A stretch of 32,000 bases of DNA from Demequinaceae bacterium (GTDB lineage: Bacteria; Actinomycetota; Actinomycetes; Actinomycetales; Demequinaceae). The stretch covers positions 450,001 to 482,000 of the forward strand of contig OZ252279.1 in NCBI GenBank assembly GCA_965250005.1, in the 5' to 3' direction. The position numbers and the translations under genes are program-made. Shown here in pieces: positions 20,339 to 29,278 of this stretch. The notes beneath the pieces are model-generated. The model saw only the letters and a list, made by a program, of their open reading frames with translations. It was not told the DNA's origin and made no database searches. Positions within the stretch are counted from its first letter, which is position 1. The number at the start of each line of letters is the position of its first letter.

Positions 20339-21853
20339 GTGACAGGCGACACGCCCGACGGCGCACGCTCCGAGGACCCCGGTGGCGTAGTCGCCGACAC
20401 CTCGGCCGCGGATCACGAGGTGTCACTCGAGGATCTCAAAGAGGCCGCGCTACGCGTTGGCCTGGAGGACTATGACCTTAGTCCGGAGGATGTCGCCGCA
20501 CTCGGCGGCGCGCCTGCGCCCCAGATGGAGGCGCCCCGGCAGGTGGTCGCGATCGTTGGTCGCCCGAATGTCGGCAAGTCGACACTGGTCAATCGCATTC
20601 TCGGCGAGCGCGCAGCCGTTGTCGAAGATACACCTGGCGTCACGCGCGACCGTGTCTCTTATCCCGCCGAGTGGGCAGGCACGGAGTTCACGTTGATGGA
20701 CACCGGAGGCTGGGAGACCAAGGTCAGGGGACTTGACCTCAGCGTCGCACTGCAGGCCGAGGTCGCCATAGAGATGGCCGACGCGGTCATTTTCGTTGTG
20801 GACTCCACGACGGGAGCCACCGCTACAGATGAGCAGGTTGTCGCCCTGCTCCGCAAATCGAAGACTCCCGCGATACTGTGCGCCAACAAGGTTGACGGGC
20901 CAGCGGGCGAGCCCGACGCCGCAGCGCTTTGGTCACTGGGGCTCGGCGAGCCGTTTGTCGTGAGCGCCCTGCACGGTCGTGGCACCGGCGAACTTCTTGA
21001 CGCCGCGATCGCGCTGCTGCCCGCAGAGTCGGCAGCCGTCGAGGTCGATCCGGATGCACCCAGGCGCGTCGCGCTGGTGGGGCGACCGAATGTCGGCAAG
21101 TCGTCGCTCTTGAATCAGCTCGCCGGCGAGAACCGCGTGGTCGTTGATCCGACCGCTGGCACCACGCGCGATCCAGTCGACGAGGTAGTTGAGCTCGACG
21201 GCCGGGCCTGGATGTTTGTCGACACCGCTGGCATCCGCCGTCGGGTGCATATGGCCAAGGGCGCCGACTACTACGCGAGTATCAGGACGCAGGCTGCCAT
21301 CGAGCGCACCGAGGTGGCGGTTGTGCTGCTCGACGCCTCCGGTCCGCTGACGGACCAAGACATCAAGGTCCTCAACCAGACCGTAGAGGCAGGGCGCGCG
21401 CTCGTCATCGCGTTCAACAAATGGGACCTCGTTGACGAGGATGTGCGGTTCGAGCTGGACCGATCGATTGACATGGAGCTCGGACAACTGGCGTGGGCGC
21501 CGCGAGTGAATCTGTCGGCCTTGACCGGATGGCATGCGAACCGGCTCGTGCCCGCCCTCGAAATTGCACTCGACTCCTGGGACACTCGTATCCCCACCGG
21601 AAGGCTCAATGCCTTCCTCGGTGAGGTGGTTGCAGAGACGCCGCACCCCGTGCGATCGGGCAAGCAGCCCAAAATCTTGTTTGCGACGCAGGCGGCCGTG
21701 CGCCCGCCGCGTTTCGTAGTCTTCGCCAGTGGGTTCCTCGAGGCGGGTTACCGGCGGTTCATCGAACGCAAGCTTCGAGAGAATTTCGGCTTCGAGGGAA
21801 GCCCTGTCGAAATCGCCGTACGGGTGCGACAGAAGCGTTCACGCAAGAAGTAA
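20339..21853 (+). CDS. der: Ribosome biogenesis GTPase Der (EngA)
   Basis: Two GTPase domains: [36 protein letters not shown] and [38 protein letters not shown]; C-terminal KH-like domain ending [10 protein letters not shown]. Confidence 0.97.
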   Translation: MTGDTPDGARSEDPGGVVADTSAADHEVSLEDLKEAALRVGLEDYDLSPEDVAALGGAPAPQMEAPRQVVAIVGRPNVGKSTLVNRILGERAAVVEDTPGVTRDRVSYPAEWAGTEFTLMDTGGWETKVRGLDLSVALQAEVAIEMADAVIFVVDSTTGATATDEQVVALLRKSKTPAILCANKVDGPAGEPDAAALWSLGLGEPFVVSALHGRGTGELLDAAIALLPAESAAVEVDPDAPRRVALVGRPNVGKSSLLNQLAGENRVVVDPTAGTTRDPVDEVVELDGRAWMFVDTAGIRRRVHMAKGADYYASIRTQAAIERTEVAVVLLDASGPLTDQDIKVLNQTVEAGRALVIAFNKWDLVDEDVRFELDRSIDMELGQLAWAPRVNLSALTGWHANRLVPALEIALDSWDTRIPTGRLNAFLGEVVAETPHPVRSGKQPKILFATQAAVRPPRFVVFASGFLEAGYRRFIERKLRENFGFEGSPVEIAVRVRQKRSRKK

Positions 21854-22031
21854 CTGGCTTCGGAGGTGGTAGTTGATGTCTCCTACATCACCCCCGTCAC
21901 ATGAACCCCTTGCGCAACGGGCGTCGTTACGTTTCCGTAATCAAATCCTGGCGTGTCGCCGGGCACCCTGCTAGCGTCCAAACGTCGGTACAGTCCGACA
22001 CTTTCAATGGAGAAAGGTACTGATCGAGGTT

Positions 22032-22376
22032 ATGAAATTCACTAACAACGCGATCATTCTGTTGGCTGGCGCTGCCCTGGCAGTGATCGGCTCGTTCCTC
22101 GCCTTTGCGGACTATGACGGCTCTGGCGCCGTCTGGGATGGCGACACCGGCAAGGCCGTGGTCATCATCATGATCATCGGCGTCGTGCTCCACGTCATGA
22201 AGCAGCACGTCTGGGCAGCAGTCGCCCTGTGCGCCGCTTCCGGCATCCTGCTCAGCCAGGCGGTAGACGTCATTCGCGCCGACGGCATCGGCCTCGGCAT
22301 CGGCGGCTACCTTGTCGCAGTTGGCAGCCTCGCTGCCATCTGGGGCGCTGCGCAGCACATCAGCAGTAAGAAGTAG
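22032..22376 (+). CDS. Small membrane protein of unknown function
   Basis: 114 aa with several hydrophobic segments (NAIILLAGAALAVIGSFLAFA, VVIIMIIGVVLHV, WAAVALCAASGILL, GGYLVAVGSLAAIWG); GGAGAAAGG about 16 nt upstream. Confidence 0.7.
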   Translation: MKFTNNAIILLAGAALAVIGSFLAFADYDGSGAVWDGDTGKAVVIIMIIGVVLHVMKQHVWAAVALCAASGILLSQAVDVIRADGIGLGIGGYLVAVGSLAAIWGAAQHISSKK

Positions 22377-22390
22377 AGCCTTCTTGCGGT

Positions 22391-22422
22391 CGGGGCGGTG
22401 GGCAATCGAGCCCGCCGCCCCG
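22391..22422 (+). terminator. Rho-independent-like hairpin after the small membrane protein gene
   Basis: CGGGGCGGTGGGC-AATCGA-GCCCGCCGCCCCG, 13 pairs (one wobble), no long U-tract. Confidence 0.75.
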
Positions 22423-22570
22423 CTTGCTTGTAGGGCCCTTACTTGCTCGATGCGCTCGCGCGTCGCACCCTGACCGCAAACGGTCCGTGACCTTTCCGTT
22501 ATCTTCTGCCATGATGTCGGTGTGCCGCCGATAGTCGGCGGCGCAAGCAGTCAATCAAAAGAGACTGTCC

Positions 22571-22998
22571 ATGGCAGGCAAGGAATAAAGGTTCTGGGGT
22601 TCCTTCCCAAGAACTACGCAAACTCGCTTCTCGGAATCCTGATTGTCACCGTCGTAATCGCGCTGATCTGGTCATGGTTGGAGTCGCTGAGTTTCAGCGC
22701 TGATAACGCTTGGGTGCTGCTCATCGAGATGCTCTTGCTCGCGGCGCTAGTCGGCTATGTAGTCGGCATGCACCTCGGCAACGACAAGGCGTCCACGCTG
22801 TGGACTGCAGCCGGATTCGCCGTTGTCGGCACCGTTCTGACCGGAGCGCTGATGGCCGGATCGGCCGCTGACCTCGACGTTGCGCTGCTTGGCAGCTTGG
22901 GGGCCGAGGCATTCGCTCCGTCCGTCTCGATCGGGTACGTTGTGCTCGCGATCGTCGCCGCAGTGTTTGCCACAATTGGCTCGAAGTCGAAAGTCTAG
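22571..22998 (+). CDS. Small membrane protein of unknown function; N-terminus uncertain or disrupted
   Basis: Open frame IKVLGFLPKNYANSLLGILIVTVVIALIWSW...GYVVLAIVAAVFATIGSKSKV with four likely transmembrane segments. The obvious ATG (22571, MAGKE*) is in another frame; the ORF-track start is GTG 22522. Confidence 0.6.
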
Positions 22999-23438
22999 TT
23001 CAGATCTTCTTGTGGTCGGGGCGGCGGGCAAATGTGCCCGCCGCGCTGGTGCCCAATACCGATTAGGTCCCGCAGGACCTCCTCATCCAGGTCCTCCAAC
23101 TTCTTCGCATAGACGCAGCCAGCCCCAGTTGTGTGTGGCCCAAGTTCCGCGAGCCGCAGTTGCTGCTCGGGCAGGTCCTTAAGGCCGTAGAACGTCAGCT
23201 GCGCCTTGCGTGGCGAAAACCCTACCTTGGGCCAGTCACCCTCGCGCCCGGTCTTGTACGTGTAGCGCATGGTCCCGAAGCCAACGATGCTCGGGCCCCA
23301 CATGACAGGGTTATCGCCGGTGACCTCCCGCATGATCTCGAGGAGGCGCTTGCCCTCGTCGCGCCGACGCTCCGACTGAACCGTCTCCAGGAACTCCTCT
23401 ACAGTCACATTGGTCGGCTGAGTCCTATTTTCCGTCAT
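22995..23438 (-). CDS. DUF1801 (YdhG-like) domain protein
   Basis: FLETVQSERRRDEGKRLLEIMREVTGDNPVMWGPSIVGFGTMRYTYKTGREGDWPKVGFSPRKAQLTFY is the characteristic DUF1801 pattern. Confidence 0.85.
   Translation of the reverse strand: MTENRTQPTNVTVEEFLETVQSERRRDEGKRLLEIMREVTGDNPVMWGPSIVGFGTMRYTYKTGREGDWPKVGFSPRKAQLTFYGLKDLPEQQLRLAELGPHTTGAGCVYAKKLEDLDEEVLRDLIGIGHQRGGHICPPPRPQEDLN
23021..23044. terminator. Terminator-like hairpin between convergent genes
   Basis: GCGGCGGGCA-AATG-TGCCCGCCGC, 10 perfect pairs, 4-nt loop. Confidence 0.7.
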
Positions 23439-23527
23439 GAGAACCTGATTAGAATTGGTGCCGCTGGTTCGCCAGGGTCTTGGCGCCTTGAGCGACTCTC
23501 AGTCCGGTAGTATTGCCGATGCTGTCA

Positions 23528-23601
<74 letters not shown>

Positions 23602-23644
23602 CATTTGAATGTCATGGCACCGGGGATATTCTGGGCCACCGCTT

Positions 23645-24034
23645 CTAGAACACTCCGTTGGAGTGCTTCGCCTCGGTCTCCACGGGCTGGAGCACATCCC
23701 AGTGCTCAACGACTTTGCCGTCGGCGTCGAGCCGAAAGATATCGATCCCCGCATAATCCACATCGCCAGGCCATGACTGGCGGCAATGAAGAACGACGAA
23801 GTCGCCTTCGGCTACCGCACGCACAAACTCGACGTGCTTGCCTGGGTACTCGACGGCCATCCGGTCGAAGTACTCGACGAACGCGTCCTTGCCGTCGCCC
23901 ACCAGAGGATTGTGTTGAATGTATTCGTCTCCGACGTACGTGGCGACAGCCTCGGGAGCGCGGTTCTGATTGAACATCATGTCGCAAAACGCCGTAGCAT
24001 TCTGCTTGTTGCGCTCGAGCGCTGAGGTGCTCAT
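23645..24034 (-). CDS. SnoaL-like / nuclear transport factor 2 fold family protein
   Basis: [37 protein letters not shown]...[26 protein letters not shown]; internal ATG at 24034 preferred. Confidence 0.87.
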   Translation of the reverse strand: MSTSALERNKQNATAFCDMMFNQNRAPEAVATYVGDEYIQHNPLVGDGKDAFVEYFDRMAVEYPGKHVEFVRAVAEGDFVVLHCRQSWPGDVDYAGIDIFRLDADGKVVEHWDVLQPVETEAKHSNGVF

Positions 24035-24313
24035 CTTGCTCTCCGATCGGAGGTGTGGGCGTAACTGCTTTGCGCTCTGCTCGATTCCGGTGTGTGACAT
24101 CCCGCCAGCGAGCCTCGCACGTTACACGGCCACGACAATATGTGTCCCGATCGCTGGAATATGCCGGGTGTACGCTCGGTTTACTCGGCCAGACAGCAGG
24201 CAAAGCCCCGTCGCACTTTGCTCGGTTAAGAGCCGCCGCATCCGCGATGCGATTAGCACACCAGGGAGTGGAGCCTGAGGCCCAGATAGGACCACCGACA
24301 GAGACGGGCAAGC

Positions 24314-25564
24314 ATGAATCGTCAGAGTGAGAAGCTGGTATTCCCCGGATCGCTGGGGTCTCCATTGGCAGCGCGGCTGGACCTCCCAGAGGCGACACCC
24401 CGCGCGTATGCGTTGTTTGCGCATTGCTTCACCTGTAGCAAGGACGTAGTGGCCGCCTCTCGAATCTCCCGTGCCCTAACCGAATTCGGCATCGCGGTGC
24501 TCCGATTCGACTTCACCGGTCTGGGCCAATCCGGGGGCGACTTCGCCAACACTGACTTCAGCTCCAATGTTGAGGACCTAGTCCAGGCCGCTAGCTTTCT
24601 CCGCAAACGCTATTCGGCGCCGTCGCTTCTGATCGGGCACTCGCTGGGCGGGGCTGCCGTGCTTGCCGTCACCCACCGCATCCCCGAAGTGCGGGCAGTC
24701 GCAACCATTGGGGCTCCGGCCGATCCGGACCATGTCGCCAACCTCCTGGTCGAGAATCGTGCCGAGATCGAGGCACGCGGAGAGGCTGAGGTCCAACTCG
24801 CCGGTCGCACGTTTCGCATCCGCCGGGAGTTCCTCGAAGACATCGCCGCGCAGCCTCAGGCCGAGCGTGTCCGCGACCTGGGCGCAGCGCTGCTCGTCAT
24901 GCACTCACCTGTCGACAACATCGTCGACGTTGACAACGCCCGGCGCATTCACGAAGCGGCCCGGCACCCCAAGTCGTTTGTGGCACTGGACGGAGCCGAC
25001 CATCTTTTGGCGAAACCGGCCGACGCCACCTTCGCTGCAGGCATGCTCGCCGCCTGGTCCAGCCGCTACGCGTTGGACCCGGCCCCGGAGCCGGTCGTTT
25101 CCGTGCGAGAGGCAGATCCGGACGAAGGACTTGTCGTCGTGTCTGAAGATGGCGCGGGCGGCTTCGCCCAGAAGGTCATGGTCGGCCAGCACCGGCTCGT
25201 CGCCGACGAACCCGTCCCCATGGGCACGGACACAGGCCCGACACCGTATGACTTTCTCCTCGCGGGCCTGGGCGCGTGCACATCGATGACGGTGCGGATG
25301 TACGCCGATCGCAAGAAGTGGCCGCTAGAGAATGTCACCGTGACGCTACGACACTCCCGAATCCACGCCGACGATTGTGCAAACTGCGAAACCGAGACCG
25401 GACACGTGGATCGGATCGAACGAGTCCTCCGTTTTGACGGCGACCTGGACGACGACCAGCGGCAGCGGCTGAGCGAGATCGCCGACAAGTGCCCCGTGCA
25501 TCGAACCCTGCACTCGGAAATCATCATCGACACGGTAGTTTCCCCATCCCAAGAGCCTGAATAG
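24314..25564 (+). CDS. Bifunctional alpha/beta hydrolase / OsmC family protein
   Basis: N-terminal alpha/beta hydrolase (ALFAHCFTCSKDV, LLIGHSLGGAAVLA), C-terminal OsmC domain (PTPYDFLLAGLGACTSMTVRMYADRKKWPL, CPVHRTL). Confidence 0.92.
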   Translation: MNRQSEKLVFPGSLGSPLAARLDLPEATPRAYALFAHCFTCSKDVVAASRISRALTEFGIAVLRFDFTGLGQSGGDFANTDFSSNVEDLVQAASFLRKRYSAPSLLIGHSLGGAAVLAVTHRIPEVRAVATIGAPADPDHVANLLVENRAEIEARGEAEVQLAGRTFRIRREFLEDIAAQPQAERVRDLGAALLVMHSPVDNIVDVDNARRIHEAARHPKSFVALDGADHLLAKPADATFAAGMLAAWSSRYALDPAPEPVVSVREADPDEGLVVVSEDGAGGFAQKVMVGQHRLVADEPVPMGTDTGPTPYDFLLAGLGACTSMTVRMYADRKKWPLENVTVTLRHSRIHADDCANCETETGHVDRIERVLRFDGDLDDDQRQRLSEIADKCPVHRTLHSEIIIDTVVSPSQEPE

Positions 25565-25594
25565 ACGGCGGCCAGATCGCCGACCGCGATCGGC

Positions 25595-26224
25595 TCAGGT
25601 GAGTTGCATGGTCGTGATGCAGGTCGCGTCGTCTTCGCCTCTCGTGGACAGTTCGGTCGTGGCCGAACGACCGTCCAACTCGATCACGACGCTGGCACCG
25701 ATGCCGCGCGGCAGCCACAATCCGACGAAACCGTTGTCGAAGGTCTTGCGCGACTCTTCAATCAGGATCTCTCCCGATTGAAGATCGGTGACTAGTACGT
25801 GCATATCGGAATTCTGGATTTCTCCAGTGCACGTGGTGAGGCTGTGGAAGTAGCAATCGTGTGTTTGGTTCACGTAGGGCGCGATCGACACGTAGAACTG
25901 ATCGTCCGGCATCGCTAGCGTTGTCTCACGTTCCGCGGTATCCGTAATCACGAGTTGATTCGGGCGGATCGACACCTTGAGATCAGCAGGCCGCTCGGAA
26001 ACGGCCAAAGCATCGAGGTTGTCGATGATCTCGTGGGCGTCCAGCCCGACAAGTCCGTGATCCGTCATCATGGCATCGTGGACCGACGGGGGAGAGTCCT
26101 CGACCGTGGGCTCGACGGTCGTATCGGGCGCGGCGCAGGCAGCCAATGCGAGCGCGGTCGCTGTAGCAATGGTGAGTATCGCAATCGGTCGGCGAGCCCG
26201 CAGGGAAGTGCTGTGGTGTGTCAT
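25595..26224 (-). CDS. cueP: CueP family metal-binding lipoprotein
   Basis: CueP pattern: AHEIIDNLDAL...LAMPDDQFYVSIAPYVNQTHDCYFHSLTTCTGEIQN...NGFVGLWLPRGI...CITTMQL; lipobox ALAAC near the N-terminus. ATG at 26224 preferred to 26338. Confidence 0.88.
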   Translation of the reverse strand: MTHHSTSLRARRPIAILTIATATALALAACAAPDTTVEPTVEDSPPSVHDAMMTDHGLVGLDAHEIIDNLDALAVSERPADLKVSIRPNQLVITDTAERETTLAMPDDQFYVSIAPYVNQTHDCYFHSLTTCTGEIQNSDMHVLVTDLQSGEILIEESRKTFDNGFVGLWLPRGIGASVVIELDGRSATTELSTRGEDDATCITTMQLT

Positions 26225-26418
26225 AAGAACTCCACGTATGTATTTGTATCTTTGGGCGCGAGTGTAGGTCACGCAAGGACCCAAAGCCTGGTACTTAGGT
26301 CCGGGAAAACCTGTTCCGATGTCCCCGCCTATGCACATCAGACGCGAGTGTCGCCTGAACTGTTCCCGGTAGAATTCTCAAGAACGCGGGCGAGTGCCGC
26401 GCGCAACCAAGAGAGGCT

Positions 26419-27018
26419 GTGATGGCGAAGCTGTACTTCCGCTACGGTGCGATGAATTCCTCGAAGTCCGCCCTGCTTCTCACCGCCGCGTACAACTACC
26501 AGGAACGAGATCAACACCCGGTGCTGGTCAAGCCCGGCACGGACACCAAGGCCGGCCGCGCGGTTGCCTCACGCATCGGCATCGAGAGGCCCGTGGACAT
26601 CCTGCTTGGTCGCGATGACTCGTTTCTCGCTGCTCTCCAGGCATTTGGGCCTCTCGAAGAGATGGACGCCGTCTTCGTTGATGAGGCGCAGTTCCTGACA
26701 CCCGCCCAGGTGGACGAGTCGTTCATCGTTGCCGTCACCCACGGCGTGCCCGTGCTGTGCTACGGACTGCGGGGCGACTTCATGACTCGGTCGTTCCCCG
26801 GTTCGCTGCGCCTCATGGAGATCGCCCATTCGATCGAGGAGCTCAAGACCATTTGCCGATGCGGGTCCAAGGCGATTTTCAACGCCAGGCTCGTCAACGG
26901 GGTGTTTGTCAGCCAGGGCGACCAGGTCGCCATCGATGGCCAGCAGGCGACGTACGAGTCGCTGTGCGGCCGCTGCTACCTGGACAAGGTCGGGCCGCTC
27001 ACTGCCGTAGATGGCTAA
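26419..27018 (+). CDS. tdk: Thymidine kinase
   Basis: KLYFRYGAMNSSKSALLLTAAYNYQERD, DAVFVDEAQFLTPAQVD, VLCYGLRGDF, CGRCYL zinc-binding cysteines. Confidence 0.95.
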   Translation: MMAKLYFRYGAMNSSKSALLLTAAYNYQERDQHPVLVKPGTDTKAGRAVASRIGIERPVDILLGRDDSFLAALQAFGPLEEMDAVFVDEAQFLTPAQVDESFIVAVTHGVPVLCYGLRGDFMTRSFPGSLRLMEIAHSIEELKTICRCGSKAIFNARLVNGVFVSQGDQVAIDGQQATYESLCGRCYLDKVGPLTAVDG

Positions 27019-27073
27019 ACGGGCGCAGGCGCCCCGCAATCGTCAGAAGAATTCGCAACGGGAAGGGACTGCC

Positions 27074-27730
27074 ATGCCTGTCATCGCCATCGTCGGAGCC
27101 GCTGTCGCGCGGAGGTTTGGTCGCGAGGGTTTCTCTATCGCGCTGATCTCCCGTGATCAGGCGAAACTCAGCGCGCTGGTCGCGGAACTCGACGCGGGCG
27201 GCTTGACCGCACGTGGGTACGCCGGGGACGTCCTAGACCCCGCGGCAATCGAGGACGCTCTGGCACGAGCAGCGGGCGACCTGGGGCCGATCACCTCGCT
27301 CCAGTACAGCCCGCTTCCTTCACGTAACTATCTCCAACCAGCACTCGAAGCCACCCCAGAGCTCGCGCTTGAAGCGCTGCGATTCTCAGTGCTCGGGCTC
27401 ATTCATGCGGTGCAAGCCGTGCTTCCCGCGATGCGCGAATCACGCGACGGCAGCATCATCCTGATCAACGGCGGAACATCGGTGAAGGCGCGCCCTGATT
27501 TCGCAGGGACATCGATCGCGTTCCCAGCGGCAAGCGCTTACGGGGAGATGCTGCACGACGCACTTGAGGACGAAGGCGTCCGCGTCTCCCAACTCGTGAT
27601 CCCCGGAGCCATCCCGAAACTGCAACTCGAGAACGGAATCGACGACGTTGCGGATCGCATCTGGGGGCTTCACGCCTCCCCGGGGCCGTTCCGCTCCATG
27701 CTCATCGGGCTTGAGGAAGGCCGCGAGTAG
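27074..27730 (+). CDS. SDR family oxidoreductase-like protein lacking the glycine-rich cofactor motif
   Basis: VIAIVGAAVARRFGREGFSIALISRDQAKLSALVAELDAGG...GSIILINGGTSVKARPDFAGTSIAFPAASAYGEMLHDAL; Rossmann N-terminus without the GxxxGxG segment. Confidence 0.8.
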   Translation: MPVIAIVGAAVARRFGREGFSIALISRDQAKLSALVAELDAGGLTARGYAGDVLDPAAIEDALARAAGDLGPITSLQYSPLPSRNYLQPALEATPELALEALRFSVLGLIHAVQAVLPAMRESRDGSIILINGGTSVKARPDFAGTSIAFPAASAYGEMLHDALEDEGVRVSQLVIPGAIPKLQLENGIDDVADRIWGLHASPGPFRSMLIGLEEGRE

Positions 27731-27809
27731 AACGCACGCAACACAAGAATCCGGCAGCCACATCAAACCTAGGACGTGCGGCAACTTCTGGGCATCGGAA
27801 TAGGCCACA

Positions 27810-29012
27810 ATGGGTCTCGTGAACGAACCCGTGCTGCTCGTGATTGTCGTCACTACCGCTCTCGCATTCGACTTCACCAACGGCTTCCACGACACCGGAA
27901 ACGCCATGGCAACCTCCATTGCGACCCGTGCTCTTAAGCCCAAGCAGGCCGTGCTCCTATCTGCGGTGCTTAACCTCGTTGGCGCGTTCCTGTCGCTCGC
28001 CGTCGCTGCGACAATCGCCAAGGGAATCGTCGACTCCGGCATTGTGACGCTGGACATTGTCCTTGCGGGCTTGGTTGGCGGGATCATCTGGAATCTCGTC
28101 ACATGGTTGTTCGGCATCCCCTCCAGTTCGTCACACGCCCTCGTGGGCGGGGTAGTGGGCGCCGTGCTGGCGGCTGCGGGCGCTGGAGGCGTGTTGTGGG
28201 CCGGCTTGGTCGCCAAGGTGCTTCTGCCTGCGCTTCTCGCGCCGCTTGTCGCAATCTTGGTTGGCGCGCTGGCGACATCGCTCGTCGCGCGCATCACGAA
28301 AGACGTTCCGCAAGAAACAAACGACCGCATGTTCCGCTGGGGGCAGATCGGCTCGGCCTCGTTGGTCTCGCTCGCGCACGGCACGAATGACGCGCAGAAG
28401 TCGATGGGGATCATTTTGCTGGCGCTCATCGCAGCGGGCGCAGTGCCGCACGACTCGTCGGTGCCGTTCTGGGTTATTCTCAGTTGCGCGCTCGCCATGG
28501 GGGTCGGTACCTACACGGGCGGTTGGCGCGTCATCCGGACTCTCGGCAAAGGACTGGTGGAGCTCGAGCCGCGTCAGGGCATGGCCGCCGAGTCGTCGTC
28601 GGCCGCCGTCATCTTGCTGTCGAGCAGTTTCGGCTTCTCCCTCTCGACCACACACGTGGCCACGGGATCGATTCTCGGCTCGGGCGTCGGGCTCAAAGGC
28701 GCATCCGTGCGGTGGTCGGTCGCAACGCGAATGTTTGTGGCTTGGCTCATCACGGTGCCTTCAGCAGCGCTCGTGGGCGCAGCGTTCTACGGACTCGGTC
28801 GGGTCATCGGCTCCTACGCGGTCTTCGGACTCCTCGTTGTCATATCCGTCGCGATCTTCGCGAGGTCGCGAGTTGCACCTGTCAATCACAGGAACGTGAA
28901 CGACGAATGGGAGCCCTCCAAGGATTCCGAGTCCGTCATTGCCGAGGCGGTCGCCGAGCACGATCCCTCGCGACTCACCAAAGCTCCCACTGACCGAAAC
29001 CCGCTGAGGTAG
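27810..29012 (+). CDS. pit: Inorganic phosphate transporter, PiT family
   Basis: [86 protein letters not shown]. Confidence 0.94.
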   Translation: MGLVNEPVLLVIVVTTALAFDFTNGFHDTGNAMATSIATRALKPKQAVLLSAVLNLVGAFLSLAVAATIAKGIVDSGIVTLDIVLAGLVGGIIWNLVTWLFGIPSSSSHALVGGVVGAVLAAAGAGGVLWAGLVAKVLLPALLAPLVAILVGALATSLVARITKDVPQETNDRMFRWGQIGSASLVSLAHGTNDAQKSMGIILLALIAAGAVPHDSSVPFWVILSCALAMGVGTYTGGWRVIRTLGKGLVELEPRQGMAAESSSAAVILLSSSFGFSLSTTHVATGSILGSGVGLKGASVRWSVATRMFVAWLITVPSAALVGAAFYGLGRVIGSYAVFGLLVVISVAIFARSRVAPVNHRNVNDEWEPSKDSESVIAEAVAEHDPSRLTKAPTDRNPLR

Positions 29013-29019
29013 GTACGCC

Positions 29020-29256
29020 GTGTTCAGTGCTGTGGATTGGGGAGCGCTCGCCAATGTGGTTCTTGTTGGCGTGGTGGTAGGCGCGGGTTTGCCCGGCCTA
29101 TACGCGCTAGGCGTGAAGGCACTCGCTGGTCCTGGCGCGCGACGCGCGAGCGGGCGTGTGGCGCCACTTCGCATTGCTGTCGCCGTCGGATGCTTCGCCG
29201 TGGTTGTAGCGGCGGTCGCCGTGGCTATCGGCCTACTCGCCTCAGGCAGCCACTAG
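29020..29256 (+). CDS. Small membrane protein of unknown function, adjacent to pit
   Basis: 78 aa, two hydrophobic segments (ANVVLVGVVVGAGLPGLYALG; IAVAVGCFAVVVAAVAVAIGLLA), GTG start 7 nt after the pit stop. Confidence 0.65.
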   Translation: MFSAVDWGALANVVLVGVVVGAGLPGLYALGVKALAGPGARRASGRVAPLRIAVAVGCFAVVVAAVAVAIGLLASGSH

Positions 29257-29278
29257 GCGGCGCATCGTCGCCTGCGCC

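Noticed and set aside
22360-22554. 64-aa minus ORF containing CPPPRPQE
   Set aside because: Derived from the terminator repeat and spacer; no coding signature.
23706-24424. Overlapping ORFs on both strands around the SnoaL-like gene (230 aa, 122 aa, 100 aa, 92 aa, 79 aa)
   Set aside because: Arg/Ser/Pro-rich, no domain, and mostly antisense or frame-shifted relative to the SnoaL-like CDS.
27440-28498. 352-aa minus-strand ORF opposite SDR/pit
   Set aside because: Ser/Ala/Thr-rich antisense of the pit coding sequence; no recognisable domain.
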